From positions 96,001 to 160,000 of the forward strand of contig CAVZRV010000010.1 in assembly GCA_963777605.1 (NCBI GenBank): DNA of 64,000 nucleotides. The letters are read 5' to 3'. Below are positions 49,555 to 58,859 of the stretch, piece by piece; the first letter of the stretch is position 1, and each line of letters starts with the position of its first letter. The position numbers and the translations under genes are program-made. The notes beneath the pieces were generated by a model. It saw only the letters and a list, made by a program, of their open reading frames with translations, had not been told where the DNA came from and did not search any database. Source of the DNA: an uncultured Acidobacteriota bacterium (lineage in GTDB: Bacteria; Acidobacteriota; UBA6911; RPQK01; JAPXNP01).

Positions 49555-50445
49555 GTGATAAGAAGCTCAGCCGGGCGGCAGTTCAACCTCTTTGGAGTCT
49601 GCCTTTCAATCATCATAGCCGGCTACGTGACAGGACTCCTGGCTGTCGCCTATCGAGGCTATGACTACTACTTGACCCCGCTCAACGATCGGGCTTTTCA
49701 CCAGGGGCACTCCGAACTGAAACCGTCCGGAAAAATCGGGCATCGGCTTGGAACGGTCGGCGGAATCCTGATGCTGCTGACTTTTGCCTACTCGATCCGA
49801 AAGCGTTCATCTCTCCTGCAGCGAATTGGCACCCAGAAGCAATGGCTCCAGGTCCACATCTGCTTCGGACTCGGAGGTCCAATCCTGGTGGTCTTTCACA
49901 CCACCGGGAAACTCGGCGGCCTGGCGGCAATCGGTTTCTACTCGACCCTTGCCATGGTCGTCTCCGGCATCTTCGGGCGCTACCTCTACTCCAAGATTCC
50001 ACGCACGCGCAAGGGAAACGAGATGTCCCTGATCCAGATCGAACAGGAGTTTGCCGACCTGGTAAGCCGACTGGGCGGAGATCACGGAGGGAACGAACTC
50101 CTCGATGCCGTCGAATCATACCTGTCACAGGTCAGGAAACGCTCCCTTGGCCTCGGACAGGCCCTGGCCGTGGCACTCTGGGACGATCTCAAGAGTCCGC
50201 TTCGGGTTATCCAGGCGTGGAACATCGCCGCTCACCAACACGCCACGTTTAGGATCCAGTTCAGGACAACCCGACTCATCCTGAAACAGAGACGATTGCT
50301 GAAGAAATTGACGGTGATCGAGGCAAGCCAGCGCCTTTTCTCCTACTGGCACATCTTCCACCGACCTTTTACGATCCTCGCATCGGTACTCATCAGCGTT
50401 CACGTCGCGGTGGCCACTTACTTCGGGTACGGAGTCGGCTTGTGA
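49555..50445 (+). CDS. Polytopic membrane protein, ferric-reductase / cytochrome-b-like
   Basis: GAGGAG RBS + GTG; 5-6 TM with His in GHRLG, WLQVH, VFHT, YWHIFHRP and ISVHV. Confidence 0.8.
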   Translation: MIRSSAGRQFNLFGVCLSIIIAGYVTGLLAVAYRGYDYYLTPLNDRAFHQGHSELKPSGKIGHRLGTVGGILMLLTFAYSIRKRSSLLQRIGTQKQWLQVHICFGLGGPILVVFHTTGKLGGLAAIGFYSTLAMVVSGIFGRYLYSKIPRTRKGNEMSLIQIEQEFADLVSRLGGDHGGNELLDAVESYLSQVRKRSLGLGQALAVALWDDLKSPLRVIQAWNIAAHQHATFRIQFRTTRLILKQRRLLKKLTVIEASQRLFSYWHIFHRPFTILASVLISVHVAVATYFGYGVGL

Positions 50446-52310
50446 TCATTGCCCGGCTCTTTCCTGCCCTGTTGATTCTCTCAACCGGGCCTCTCGCCGC
50501 CCAAGGCCTCGAGTCTCTGGTTTCCCCCGGCACGTTGAGCCGGGCCCACGCAAACCTCTCTGGACTCGACAACTGCCAGCGCTGTCACACTCCCGGTGAA
50601 GGAGTCACCTCGAGCAAGTGCCTTTCCTGCCACACCGAGATTGCCGAGCGAATTCGTGAAGGGCGAGGTCTCCACCGAGAGGAACATTCCGACAACTGTC
50701 AAAGCTGCCATCCTGAACACCGGGGTGAAGAAGCCCAGATGACTCCATGGGATCCGACCAGCTTCGATCACGCCGAGACCGGCTATCGGCTGGAAGGCTT
50801 TCACTCCGAGGTGAAGGCATGCGATCAGTGCCACACGCCAGAACGATCACAGAAACGAGAAACGACCAAGTCCTTTCTGCTCCGATCGGACTCCTGTACG
50901 ACCTGTCACAACGACGCCCACAAAGGGGTGCTTGGACCGGGTTGCGAGCGCTGCCACAGCGTCAAACGGCACTTCAAGTCGGTCGACTTCGACCACTCAC
51001 GGGCCGCCTTCCCGCTCAGAGGCGCCCACGCTAAGGTGGCCTGCTCCCGCTGTCACGTGGACAGCCGCTGGAAAGGAATCGCCTTCTCGCAATGCCTCGA
51101 TTGCCACGCCAACCGACATCGTCCATCGCTGGGCAGCGACTGCACTCAATGCCACACGGTCAGCTCCTGGAAGATTGCGGATGCCTCAACAAGGTTTCAC
51201 CAGGCCGGCTCCGCCTTTCCCCTGCGAGGCGGACACGCAGAGGTGGCCTGCTCCAAGTGCCACCTCAACGGCCAGTTCAAAGGCATCGCCTTTCAGGAGT
51301 GCCGGAACTGTCACACCAGCAGCCCTCACCAGGGGCAGTTCAGTCAAGATTGCAAATCGTGCCATACCGAAGACAACTTCACGAAGACGACGTTTCGGCA
51401 CGAATCGGCTCGGTTTCGCCTCAACGGGAAGCACCTGGGAGTCGCATGCAGCAAGTGCCATCCTAGGGAGAAGGTCGAATTCGCCGAGAAGACGGTTGCG
51501 TTCACCCGCTATCGCCCACTTTCGACCGAATGCCGTGCCTGTCACGATGACATCCACCTTGGGCAGTTCAGCCAACCCTGCGCCAAATGCCATTCGACCG
51601 GAGGCTTCGGCTTGAGCCAGATCTCCTTCTCGCACAACACCGACTCCGACTTTGTTCTCAAGGGAAGTCACATCGGCCTCGTATGCGGGCGCTGCCACAA
51701 ATCGGAGAGGGGTACGTTTCCTGCCGGGTTTGGACAGGCGGTCCGGTTTCTCCCCATCTCTCCTACCTGTGAGACCTGTCACCCAGACCAGCATGGGGGG
51801 CAACTGGGCGATCAATGCGCATCCTGTCACACGGTTGAACACTTCAAACCGGCATCGGGGTTCAACCATCGAATGGCGCGCTTTCAACTCACCGGCAAGC
51901 ACCAGGATCTCCCCTGCGCCGACTGTCACCCGAGAGTAAAGCGTGTGCCGTCCTCGGGAGAAACCTTGATGCGGACCCTCTACCGGCCCTTGCGCAAAGA
52001 GTGCAGCAGCTGTCACAAGGATCCTCATCGCCGGGCGGACCAAGCCTCATGTGACGAGTGCCATACCTCGAAAACCTTCGAGGTTAGAAACTTCAACCAT
52101 TTTGAGACGTCGTTCGCGCTGATGGGACGACACGCCAGCCTGGCCTGCGAGCGCTGTCACACCCAGACGAACTGGAACGGCAAAGTGGTGCTTACCTTCG
52201 CCCACGTTCGCCGTGAATGCCAGGATTGCCACAAATCCCCCCATCGGTCTCGTTACGGCGAGTGTGGTCGCTGTCATGTCACGACAACCTGGGTGATCAG
52301 TGATTTTTAG
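50442..52310 (+). CDS. 24-heme c-type cytochrome (8 triheme modules)
   Basis: 24 CxxCH counted; signal peptide; repeating FxH...FxLxGxH. Confidence 0.95.
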   Translation: MIIARLFPALLILSTGPLAAQGLESLVSPGTLSRAHANLSGLDNCQRCHTPGEGVTSSKCLSCHTEIAERIREGRGLHREEHSDNCQSCHPEHRGEEAQMTPWDPTSFDHAETGYRLEGFHSEVKACDQCHTPERSQKRETTKSFLLRSDSCTTCHNDAHKGVLGPGCERCHSVKRHFKSVDFDHSRAAFPLRGAHAKVACSRCHVDSRWKGIAFSQCLDCHANRHRPSLGSDCTQCHTVSSWKIADASTRFHQAGSAFPLRGGHAEVACSKCHLNGQFKGIAFQECRNCHTSSPHQGQFSQDCKSCHTEDNFTKTTFRHESARFRLNGKHLGVACSKCHPREKVEFAEKTVAFTRYRPLSTECRACHDDIHLGQFSQPCAKCHSTGGFGLSQISFSHNTDSDFVLKGSHIGLVCGRCHKSERGTFPAGFGQAVRFLPISPTCETCHPDQHGGQLGDQCASCHTVEHFKPASGFNHRMARFQLTGKHQDLPCADCHPRVKRVPSSGETLMRTLYRPLRKECSSCHKDPHRRADQASCDECHTSKTFEVRNFNHFETSFALMGRHASLACERCHTQTNWNGKVVLTFAHVRRECQDCHKSPHRSRYGECGRCHVTTTWVISDF

Positions 52311-52313
52311 AGC

Positions 52314-54032
52314 ATGCATGAGGAGAATCCATTGAACCGCAATTTGATTCGCTTTGCCGGACAGGCCCGGGTTCGCCTCTCGGGCGTGATTCTTGGACTT
52401 CTCGGGCTGCTGGCCTGCCCTCTTCTGGCCGCCGAAACCAGGCCCAAGTCGCCAGCTATCTCAGGAGTCGTGAAGGATCCCTCCGGATTCCTCATCCCCG
52501 GCTGCTCCGTCTCGCTAGTCACAACCGAGCTCCAACAGCTGAACCAGACGCTGACCAGCGACCTTGGACAATTCACCTTTGAAAACGTTCAGCCGGGTAG
52601 CTACGTTGTCGATGTCCAAGCAGCGGGATTCAAGGACCGGCGTGTCGAAAATGTCCTCCTGACCTCAGACCAGGCAGTCAAGCTCGAGATTGTCCTTGAA
52701 CTGGCGAGCCGGACCGACCAGGCGGAAGTGGTCGCCCAACGGGAAGAGGCGGGAGAGGAGACCAAGCTCAAGCTGATCGACCATCCCCTCGATCCCCCTG
52801 AATTCATGCGGCAGGAACTTCCTCGTCAGCCGTTACTGAAGCGGGGTCGCCTTTACTCCGACTGGTTCGGGATTCGGACCGGCGATCGATTTGTGAACCA
52901 ACTCAGCAACCGTGCCAAGATGGAGTTCGGAGAACCCGGCCTGGGCTGGAACGCCCGTTTCGATTTTCGCGATCGGGTCACCCTCGGGGGCAGCACATCC
53001 CACATCCTGAGCGTTTACGATGCCCGCCTGGTCTATGACAATGTTCGGCATCCGCTCTATGCATCCGTCGGCCAGATGAACCTTTACGATACGGCCGGCA
53101 TCGGGGAACTCCTGGGGGGCCTCTTCGGAGTGAGACCAACCACCCGGCTCCTGGTTGGGGGCTACGGGGGACTTAAACCCGACCTTTACCGAACCCAGGT
53201 AGACCCGGCATTCAGAAAGTACGGCCTCTTCGCTCGCTACGTCGGCCCCAAGGCCCAGAGTTTCTCGATCAGCTACAATCAGTTGCGATACTCGGGGAAC
53301 ACCGAACGGAGTTATCTCTATTTCAACGGACTGACCAACGTCGGTGACCGGGCGGTCCTCTACGGGAACGCCGAGTTCGAACTCGGGTCCCACATCCGGT
53401 CCTCGGACCGCCTTTCGCGCTTGTTTCTGAACGGTCGCTTCGACCTGAGCCGGCGGTTCGACCTGATCGCGAACTACAGCAGCGGAAAAGGCCTCGACTT
53501 TCACCGGTTTCTCCTGGAGCGGGCTCAGGATCCTTTGGGCAACCAGAACGAACTGGAGCGCTTCTATTACAACTCCCAGTACGGCATCCGCCTCCGCTAT
53601 CGCCTGTCCGACAACTGGCGTGTGTTCTTCGGTCAACGGATGAGCGAGCGGAAGGATATCTCGATCCAGAACCGGACCACTCAGCTCGGAGTCACGGCTT
53701 CGCGGATTCGCGATCTCGGACTATCTCTCTATGCCAACTACAACATCAACCGGGGCGATGCCTCGGAGTCCGATTCGTTCTACCTTTCGATCTCAAAGAC
53801 ACTCGGGAAACATTCTTGGAGCACGAGTTACTCGACATCGTTTAACGGCCTGCGATTCAACAGTGCGGCTGGCGTTCCCGAGGTGGTCCACCTGGCGTCG
53901 CGAAGCACGCTTTTCAACGAACTCTTCTTCGTTATCAACCGGACTCTTGCCCTTTCATTCCAGCACGAACACACATTTGGTCTGATCCAGGGGGAGGACC
54001 TCTTCTTCGTCCGTTTCATTTTGAGGATGTAG
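52314..54032 (+). CDS. Probable outer-membrane beta-barrel with N-terminal carboxypeptidase-regulatory-like domain
   Basis: Signal peptide; ISGVVKDPSG...GQFTFENVQPGSY; then aromatic/Gly-rich alternating strands ending LFFVRFILRM. Confidence 0.75.
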   Translation: MHEENPLNRNLIRFAGQARVRLSGVILGLLGLLACPLLAAETRPKSPAISGVVKDPSGFLIPGCSVSLVTTELQQLNQTLTSDLGQFTFENVQPGSYVVDVQAAGFKDRRVENVLLTSDQAVKLEIVLELASRTDQAEVVAQREEAGEETKLKLIDHPLDPPEFMRQELPRQPLLKRGRLYSDWFGIRTGDRFVNQLSNRAKMEFGEPGLGWNARFDFRDRVTLGGSTSHILSVYDARLVYDNVRHPLYASVGQMNLYDTAGIGELLGGLFGVRPTTRLLVGGYGGLKPDLYRTQVDPAFRKYGLFARYVGPKAQSFSISYNQLRYSGNTERSYLYFNGLTNVGDRAVLYGNAEFELGSHIRSSDRLSRLFLNGRFDLSRRFDLIANYSSGKGLDFHRFLLERAQDPLGNQNELERFYYNSQYGIRLRYRLSDNWRVFFGQRMSERKDISIQNRTTQLGVTASRIRDLGLSLYANYNINRGDASESDSFYLSISKTLGKHSWSTSYSTSFNGLRFNSAAGVPEVVHLASRSTLFNELFFVINRTLALSFQHEHTFGLIQGEDLFFVRFILRM

Positions 54033-54040
54033 GTGTCTCG

Positions 54041-55495
54041 ATGAACTACCTCGTTTGGTTTGGAATATTCCTGGTACTCGCCATTCTCGCCACCGTTCCG
54101 GTGCACTTTCACCTTTCCTCCATGAGTAAGAAGGAGTCCGGATCGGACCGCGGGCCCGGAAGCGGAGTTAAACTTCGGGATTGCCCGGGCTGCGGCAGCC
54201 CGACGCCGGTCGATGCGGCGTTTTGCGACAAGTGCGGCGTTCCGATGATGCTCTGGTCGTTGAAGCAAGCTCGGGAGGTCCAGGGAGAGCAGCAGAACCA
54301 GGGAAAAGCGGTACCCATCATCGATCAAGATGTCTGCATCGGATGCAGTGCCTGTGTCAACGCCTGCGATGAAGCCGTGCTGGAAATCGTGGCCGGTAAG
54401 TCCGCCGTCACCAATGTGAGTGCCTGCACCAGTGCCGGGACCTGTGTCGAAGTCTGCCCGACCGGCGCTTGCCAGCTTGGGGGCGGCGGTGCCGCCCGTC
54501 GAGTCGAGGTGCCGCAGATCGACGGGGACTTCCAGACCAACCAGGCCGGTGTCTATGCCGTCGGCGAACTCGGTGGCCTGGGACTAATCAAAAGCGCAAT
54601 CGCGGAAGGCCAAATGGTAATCGAGCGGATCGCCCCCAACCATGAACCGCGAGAGGGGGTGCTCGACCTGGTGATCGTCGGATCGGGACCTGCGGGACTG
54701 TCGGCGGCCCTGGCGGCCAAAACCAAGGGCCTGTCGGCCATCATCCTTGAGCAGGGGAACCTCGCCAACACCATCCGGAAGTACCCCAATCGGAAGATCG
54801 TCATGGCGGAACCGATCAAGATCCCCATGTACGGCTCGCTCTGGATCTCGGACGCACCCAAGGAAACTCTCCTCGGAGTCTGGCAGACCATCATCGACTC
54901 ATCCGGGATCGCCGTGAACGAAAACGAGAAAGTCCTTTCCATCCAGCGCCAGGACGATGGAACCTTCGTCACTGGAACGCCCAAAGGCACATACCACAGC
55001 CAGAAGGTCATTCTCGCCATCGGGAAGCGCGGAACTCCCAATGAACTCCCGGCGCCCGGAGCCGGGTTGCCTAAGGTCCTTTACACCCTGACCGACACGG
55101 CCCAATACCGTGACAGCAGGATCCTTGTCGTCGGCGGGGGAGACTCGGCGGCCGAGGCAGCGATTACGCTGGCTCGCCAGCCCGGCAACGAGGTGGTCAT
55201 GTCCTACCGGCGCGCTGAGTTCACTCGCCTGAAGCCCAAGAACCTGGAGGGAATCGAGTCAAGCACTGCATCCGGAGAAGTTCGCCTGCTGCTCGGAAGC
55301 CAGGTTACAGAGGTGACCCCGTCCACCGTCTCAGTTCTGCTTTCGTCCGGAGAAGTTCAGACCATTGAGAACGATTACGTGTTCGCTTTTCTGGGCGGAA
55401 CCTCGCCGAAGAGCTTCCTGGCAGAGATCGGTGTCGAGATGGTGACCAAGGAAGTCGCAATGGAGCTTCAGAAAGGGCATCATGAAGCGGTTTAG
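54041..55495 (+). CDS. Membrane-anchored zinc-ribbon / ferredoxin / FAD-NAD(P)H oxidoreductase (TrxR-like fold)
   Basis: N-terminal TM; CPGC..CDKC; CIGCSACVNAC; CTSAGTCVEVCP; VYAVGE; GSGPAG; GGGDSA; SYRR. Confidence 0.9.
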   Translation: MNYLVWFGIFLVLAILATVPVHFHLSSMSKKESGSDRGPGSGVKLRDCPGCGSPTPVDAAFCDKCGVPMMLWSLKQAREVQGEQQNQGKAVPIIDQDVCIGCSACVNACDEAVLEIVAGKSAVTNVSACTSAGTCVEVCPTGACQLGGGGAARRVEVPQIDGDFQTNQAGVYAVGELGGLGLIKSAIAEGQMVIERIAPNHEPREGVLDLVIVGSGPAGLSAALAAKTKGLSAIILEQGNLANTIRKYPNRKIVMAEPIKIPMYGSLWISDAPKETLLGVWQTIIDSSGIAVNENEKVLSIQRQDDGTFVTGTPKGTYHSQKVILAIGKRGTPNELPAPGAGLPKVLYTLTDTAQYRDSRILVVGGGDSAAEAAITLARQPGNEVVMSYRRAEFTRLKPKNLEGIESSTASGEVRLLLGSQVTEVTPSTVSVLLSSGEVQTIENDYVFAFLGGTSPKSFLAEIGVEMVTKEVAMELQKGHHEAV

Positions 55496-58400
55496 ACCTT
55501 CCCAGTGGGCCGTCCTTCTGGTACTTCCGGTGCTTCTCTGCTCGGTGGTTCCAGCCCAGGAGGGTTCGCGGGGCCGGGTTTTCGAGCACGACAAAACGAA
55601 CTTTCCGCTCACCGGCCGGCACCGGACAATAGCTTGCGCCGAGTGCCACCTCGGCGGGCAACTTGAAGGCACTCCGGTCGCGTGCGAAGCCTGCCACTGG
55701 GACCGCCGCCAGGACGACCGTTACAACCTCCAGCTTGGAATCAACTGCGCCGAGTGTCACACCACGGAAGGCTGGAAGGCGGTTTCAGCAGACGCCTGGA
55801 ACCACGAGGCACGCACCGGGTTCCGCCTCGAGGGCTATCACCGGTCAATCGAGTGCACCGACTGTCACACAGACGGATTCGAGGGACTCTCCCCTGATTG
55901 CATTTCCTGTCATCAAGGCGACTTTGAGCGGGCAGAGAGCCCCAATCACGTCGCCCTGGCCTTCCCGAATGACTGCGTGCTCTGTCACACCAGCCAGACC
56001 AGTTGGGGCGGCGCAGTTTTCAATCACGCGAATTTCCCCTTGCGCGGGCAGCACCAGACGGTGGCCTGCGTGACTTGTCACAAAGACGGCGTCTTTGAGG
56101 GCTTGGCCTCGGAGTGCATTGCCTGTCACCGTCCCGATTTCGAGTCCACAACCGACCCGAACCATGTCACCGCTGGCTTCCCCACCGATTGCGTCAATTG
56201 CCACGGAGATTCGGCAACCAGCTGGGACAACGCCGACTTCGATCACTCCAGCTTTCCCCTCCGCGGCAAGCACGAGACCGCATTGTGCAGTTCCTGCCAC
56301 GCCGATGGTGTCTTCGCCGGCCTTGCCTCGGACTGCATCTCGTGTCACCGATCGGAATTCGAATCAACAACCGATCCGAACCATGTCGCCGCCGGATTCT
56401 CCAACGATTGCGCCTCCTGCCATGGCGGCCAGGCAACCGCCTGGGACGGCGCAACCTTCGAGCATGACAACTGGCCACTGCGCGGCCAGCACCAGGCCAC
56501 CGCCTGCGCCACCTGCCACAAGGACGGGGTGTTTGCAGGCCTGGCCTCGGAGTGTATCTCTTGTCACCGTCCCGAGTTTGAAGCGACGACCGATCCCAAC
56601 CACGTCACCGCGGGCTTTCCCACGGATTGCGTCACCTGCCACGGAGATTCGGCAACCAGTTGGGACAATGCCGACTTTAATCACGACACATTCCCTCTGC
56701 GCGGCAAGCATGAGACCGCATTGTGCAGTTCCTGCCACAAGGATGGTGTCTTCGCCGGGCTGGCCTCGGACTGCATCTCGTGTCACCGATCGGAATTCGA
56801 ATCAACAACCGATCCGAACCATGTGGCGGCCGGATTCTCCAACGACTGCGTCTCCTGTCATGGCGACCAGGCAACCGCCTGGGACGGCGCAACCTTCGAG
56901 CATGACAACTGGCCACTGCGGGGCCAGCACCAGACCACGGCGGCCTGCGCCACCTGCCACAAGAACGGCGTCTTTGCGGGTCTCGCCTCCGATTGTGTCT
57001 CCTGCCACCGGTCCGAGTTCGATTCCACGACGGACCCGAACCACGTCACTGCGGGATTCCCCACGGATTGCGTGACCTGCCACGGGACTCCGCCACCCGG
57101 TGGGACAAGGCCACCTTCGATCACGACTCCTGGCCTTTGAAAGGACAGCACCAGACGGTGGCCTGCGCCACCTGTCACAAGAACGGCGTCTTTGCGGGTC
57201 TCGCCTCCGATTGTGTCTCCTGCCACCGGTCCGAGTTCGATTCCGCGACGGACCCGAACCAGTCAGTTGCTGGATTCCCCACGGATTGCGTGACCTGCCA
57301 TGGAGACTCCGCCACCACCTGGGACAAGGCCACCTTCGACCACGACTCCTGGCCTTTGAAAGGACAGCACCAGACGGTGGCCTGCGCCACCTGTCACAAG
57401 AACGGCGTCTTTGCGGGTCTCGCCTCCGATTGTGTCTCCTGCCACCGGTCCGAGTTCGATTCCGCGACGGACCCGAACCACGTCGTTGCTGGATTCCCCA
57501 CGGATTGCGTGACCTGCCACGGAGACTCCGCCACCACCTGGGACAATGCCACCTTCGACCACGACTCCTGGCCTTTGAAAGGACAGCACCAGACGGTGGC
57601 CTGCGCCACCTGTCACAAGAACGGCGTCTTTGCGGGTCTCGCCTCCGATTGTGTCTCCTGCCACCGGTCCGATTTCGATTCCGCGACGGACCCGAACCAC
57701 GTCACTGCGGGATTCCCTACGGATTGCGTGACCTGCCATGGTGACTCCGCCACCCGGTGGGACGGGGCCACCTTCGATCATGACTCCTGGCCTTTGAAGG
57801 GACAGCACCAGACGGTGGCCTGCGCCACCTGTCACAAGGATGGAGTCTTCGCCGGACTGGCCTCGGAGTGCGTTTCCTGCCACCGATCCGATTTCGATTC
57901 TGCGACGGACCCGAACCACGTCACTGCTGGATTCCCCACGGATTGCGTGACCTGCCATGGTGATTCCGCCACCCGCTGGGACAGGGCCACCTTTGATCAT
58001 GACTCCTGGCCTTTGAAGGGACAGCACCAGACGGTGGCCTGCGCCACCTGTCACAAGAACGGCGTCTTTGCGGGACTCGCCTCCGACTGTGTCTCCTGCC
58101 ACCGATCCGAGTTCGATTCCGCGACGGACCCCAACCACGTCAGTGCGGGATTCCCCACGGATTGCGTGACCTGCCATGGTGATTCGGCAACCCGGTGGGA
58201 CGGGGCCACCTTTGATCATGACTCCTGGCCTTTGAAGGGACAGCATCAGACGGTGGCCTGCGCCACCTGTCACAAGGATGGAGTCTTCGCCGGACTGGCA
58301 TCGGAGTGCGTTTCCTGCCACCGATCCGAGTTCGATTCTGCGACGGACCCGAACCACGTCATGCGGGATTTCCTACGGATTGCGTGACCTGCCATGGTGA

Positions 58401-58848
58401 TTCGGCAACCCGGTGGGACGGGGCCACCTTTGACCATTCGGTTTGGCCCCTGCAGGGCGCACACCGGACCCTCAGTTGCCAGACTTGTCACAGCGCTGGA
58501 TACAACCTGCCTCGAGACTGCTACGGCTGTCATGCCGCCGATTACAACTCGACACAAAGTCCCAATCATTCGGCCTCGGGATTCCCGACAACGTGTGACT
58601 CCTGCCACTTCCCCGAACATGTCTACTGGAACCAGGCCGTTTTTCAGCATGACTTCCCGATCACTTCTGGGGCCCACAGGAATGTTGAGTGCCAGGAATG
58701 TCACCTCACCGCCAACTTCCTCGAATTCAGCTGCATCGACTGCCATGAGCACGCAAAAAATGAAACCGATCGACACCACCGAGAGGTCGGCGGCTACGTT
58801 TACAACAGCCAGGCGTGCTATTCCTGCCACCCCAATGGGCGCGAGTAA
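55482..58848 (+). CDS. Giant 45-heme c-type cytochrome (about 1120 aa; 15 triheme modules), split by 1-bp deletions near 57086 and 58362
   Basis: 21+17+7 CxxCH in three consecutive frames; neighbouring repeat copies show the missing bases (cacgg[a]gactcc; gtca[c]tgcggga); signal peptide. Confidence 0.9.
56020..58440 (+). repeat. About 11 tandem copies of a 219-bp (73-aa) triheme unit
   Basis: Near-identical DSATxWDxATFDHDSWPLKGQHQTVACATCH...CVSCH...CVTCHG; shadow ORFs recur at 219- and 438-bp offsets. Confidence 0.95.
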
Positions 58849-58859
58849 AGGAAACAACT

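Noticed and set aside
57080-57095. Programmed ribosomal frameshift in the giant cytochrome
   Set aside because: No slippery heptamer; sister repeats show a simple 1-bp loss, and similar indels occur in unrelated genes
56020-58440. Long regular repeat array as a possible CRISPR or non-coding satellite
   Set aside because: The 219-bp in-frame units encode CxxCH modules; there are no unique spacers or cas genes
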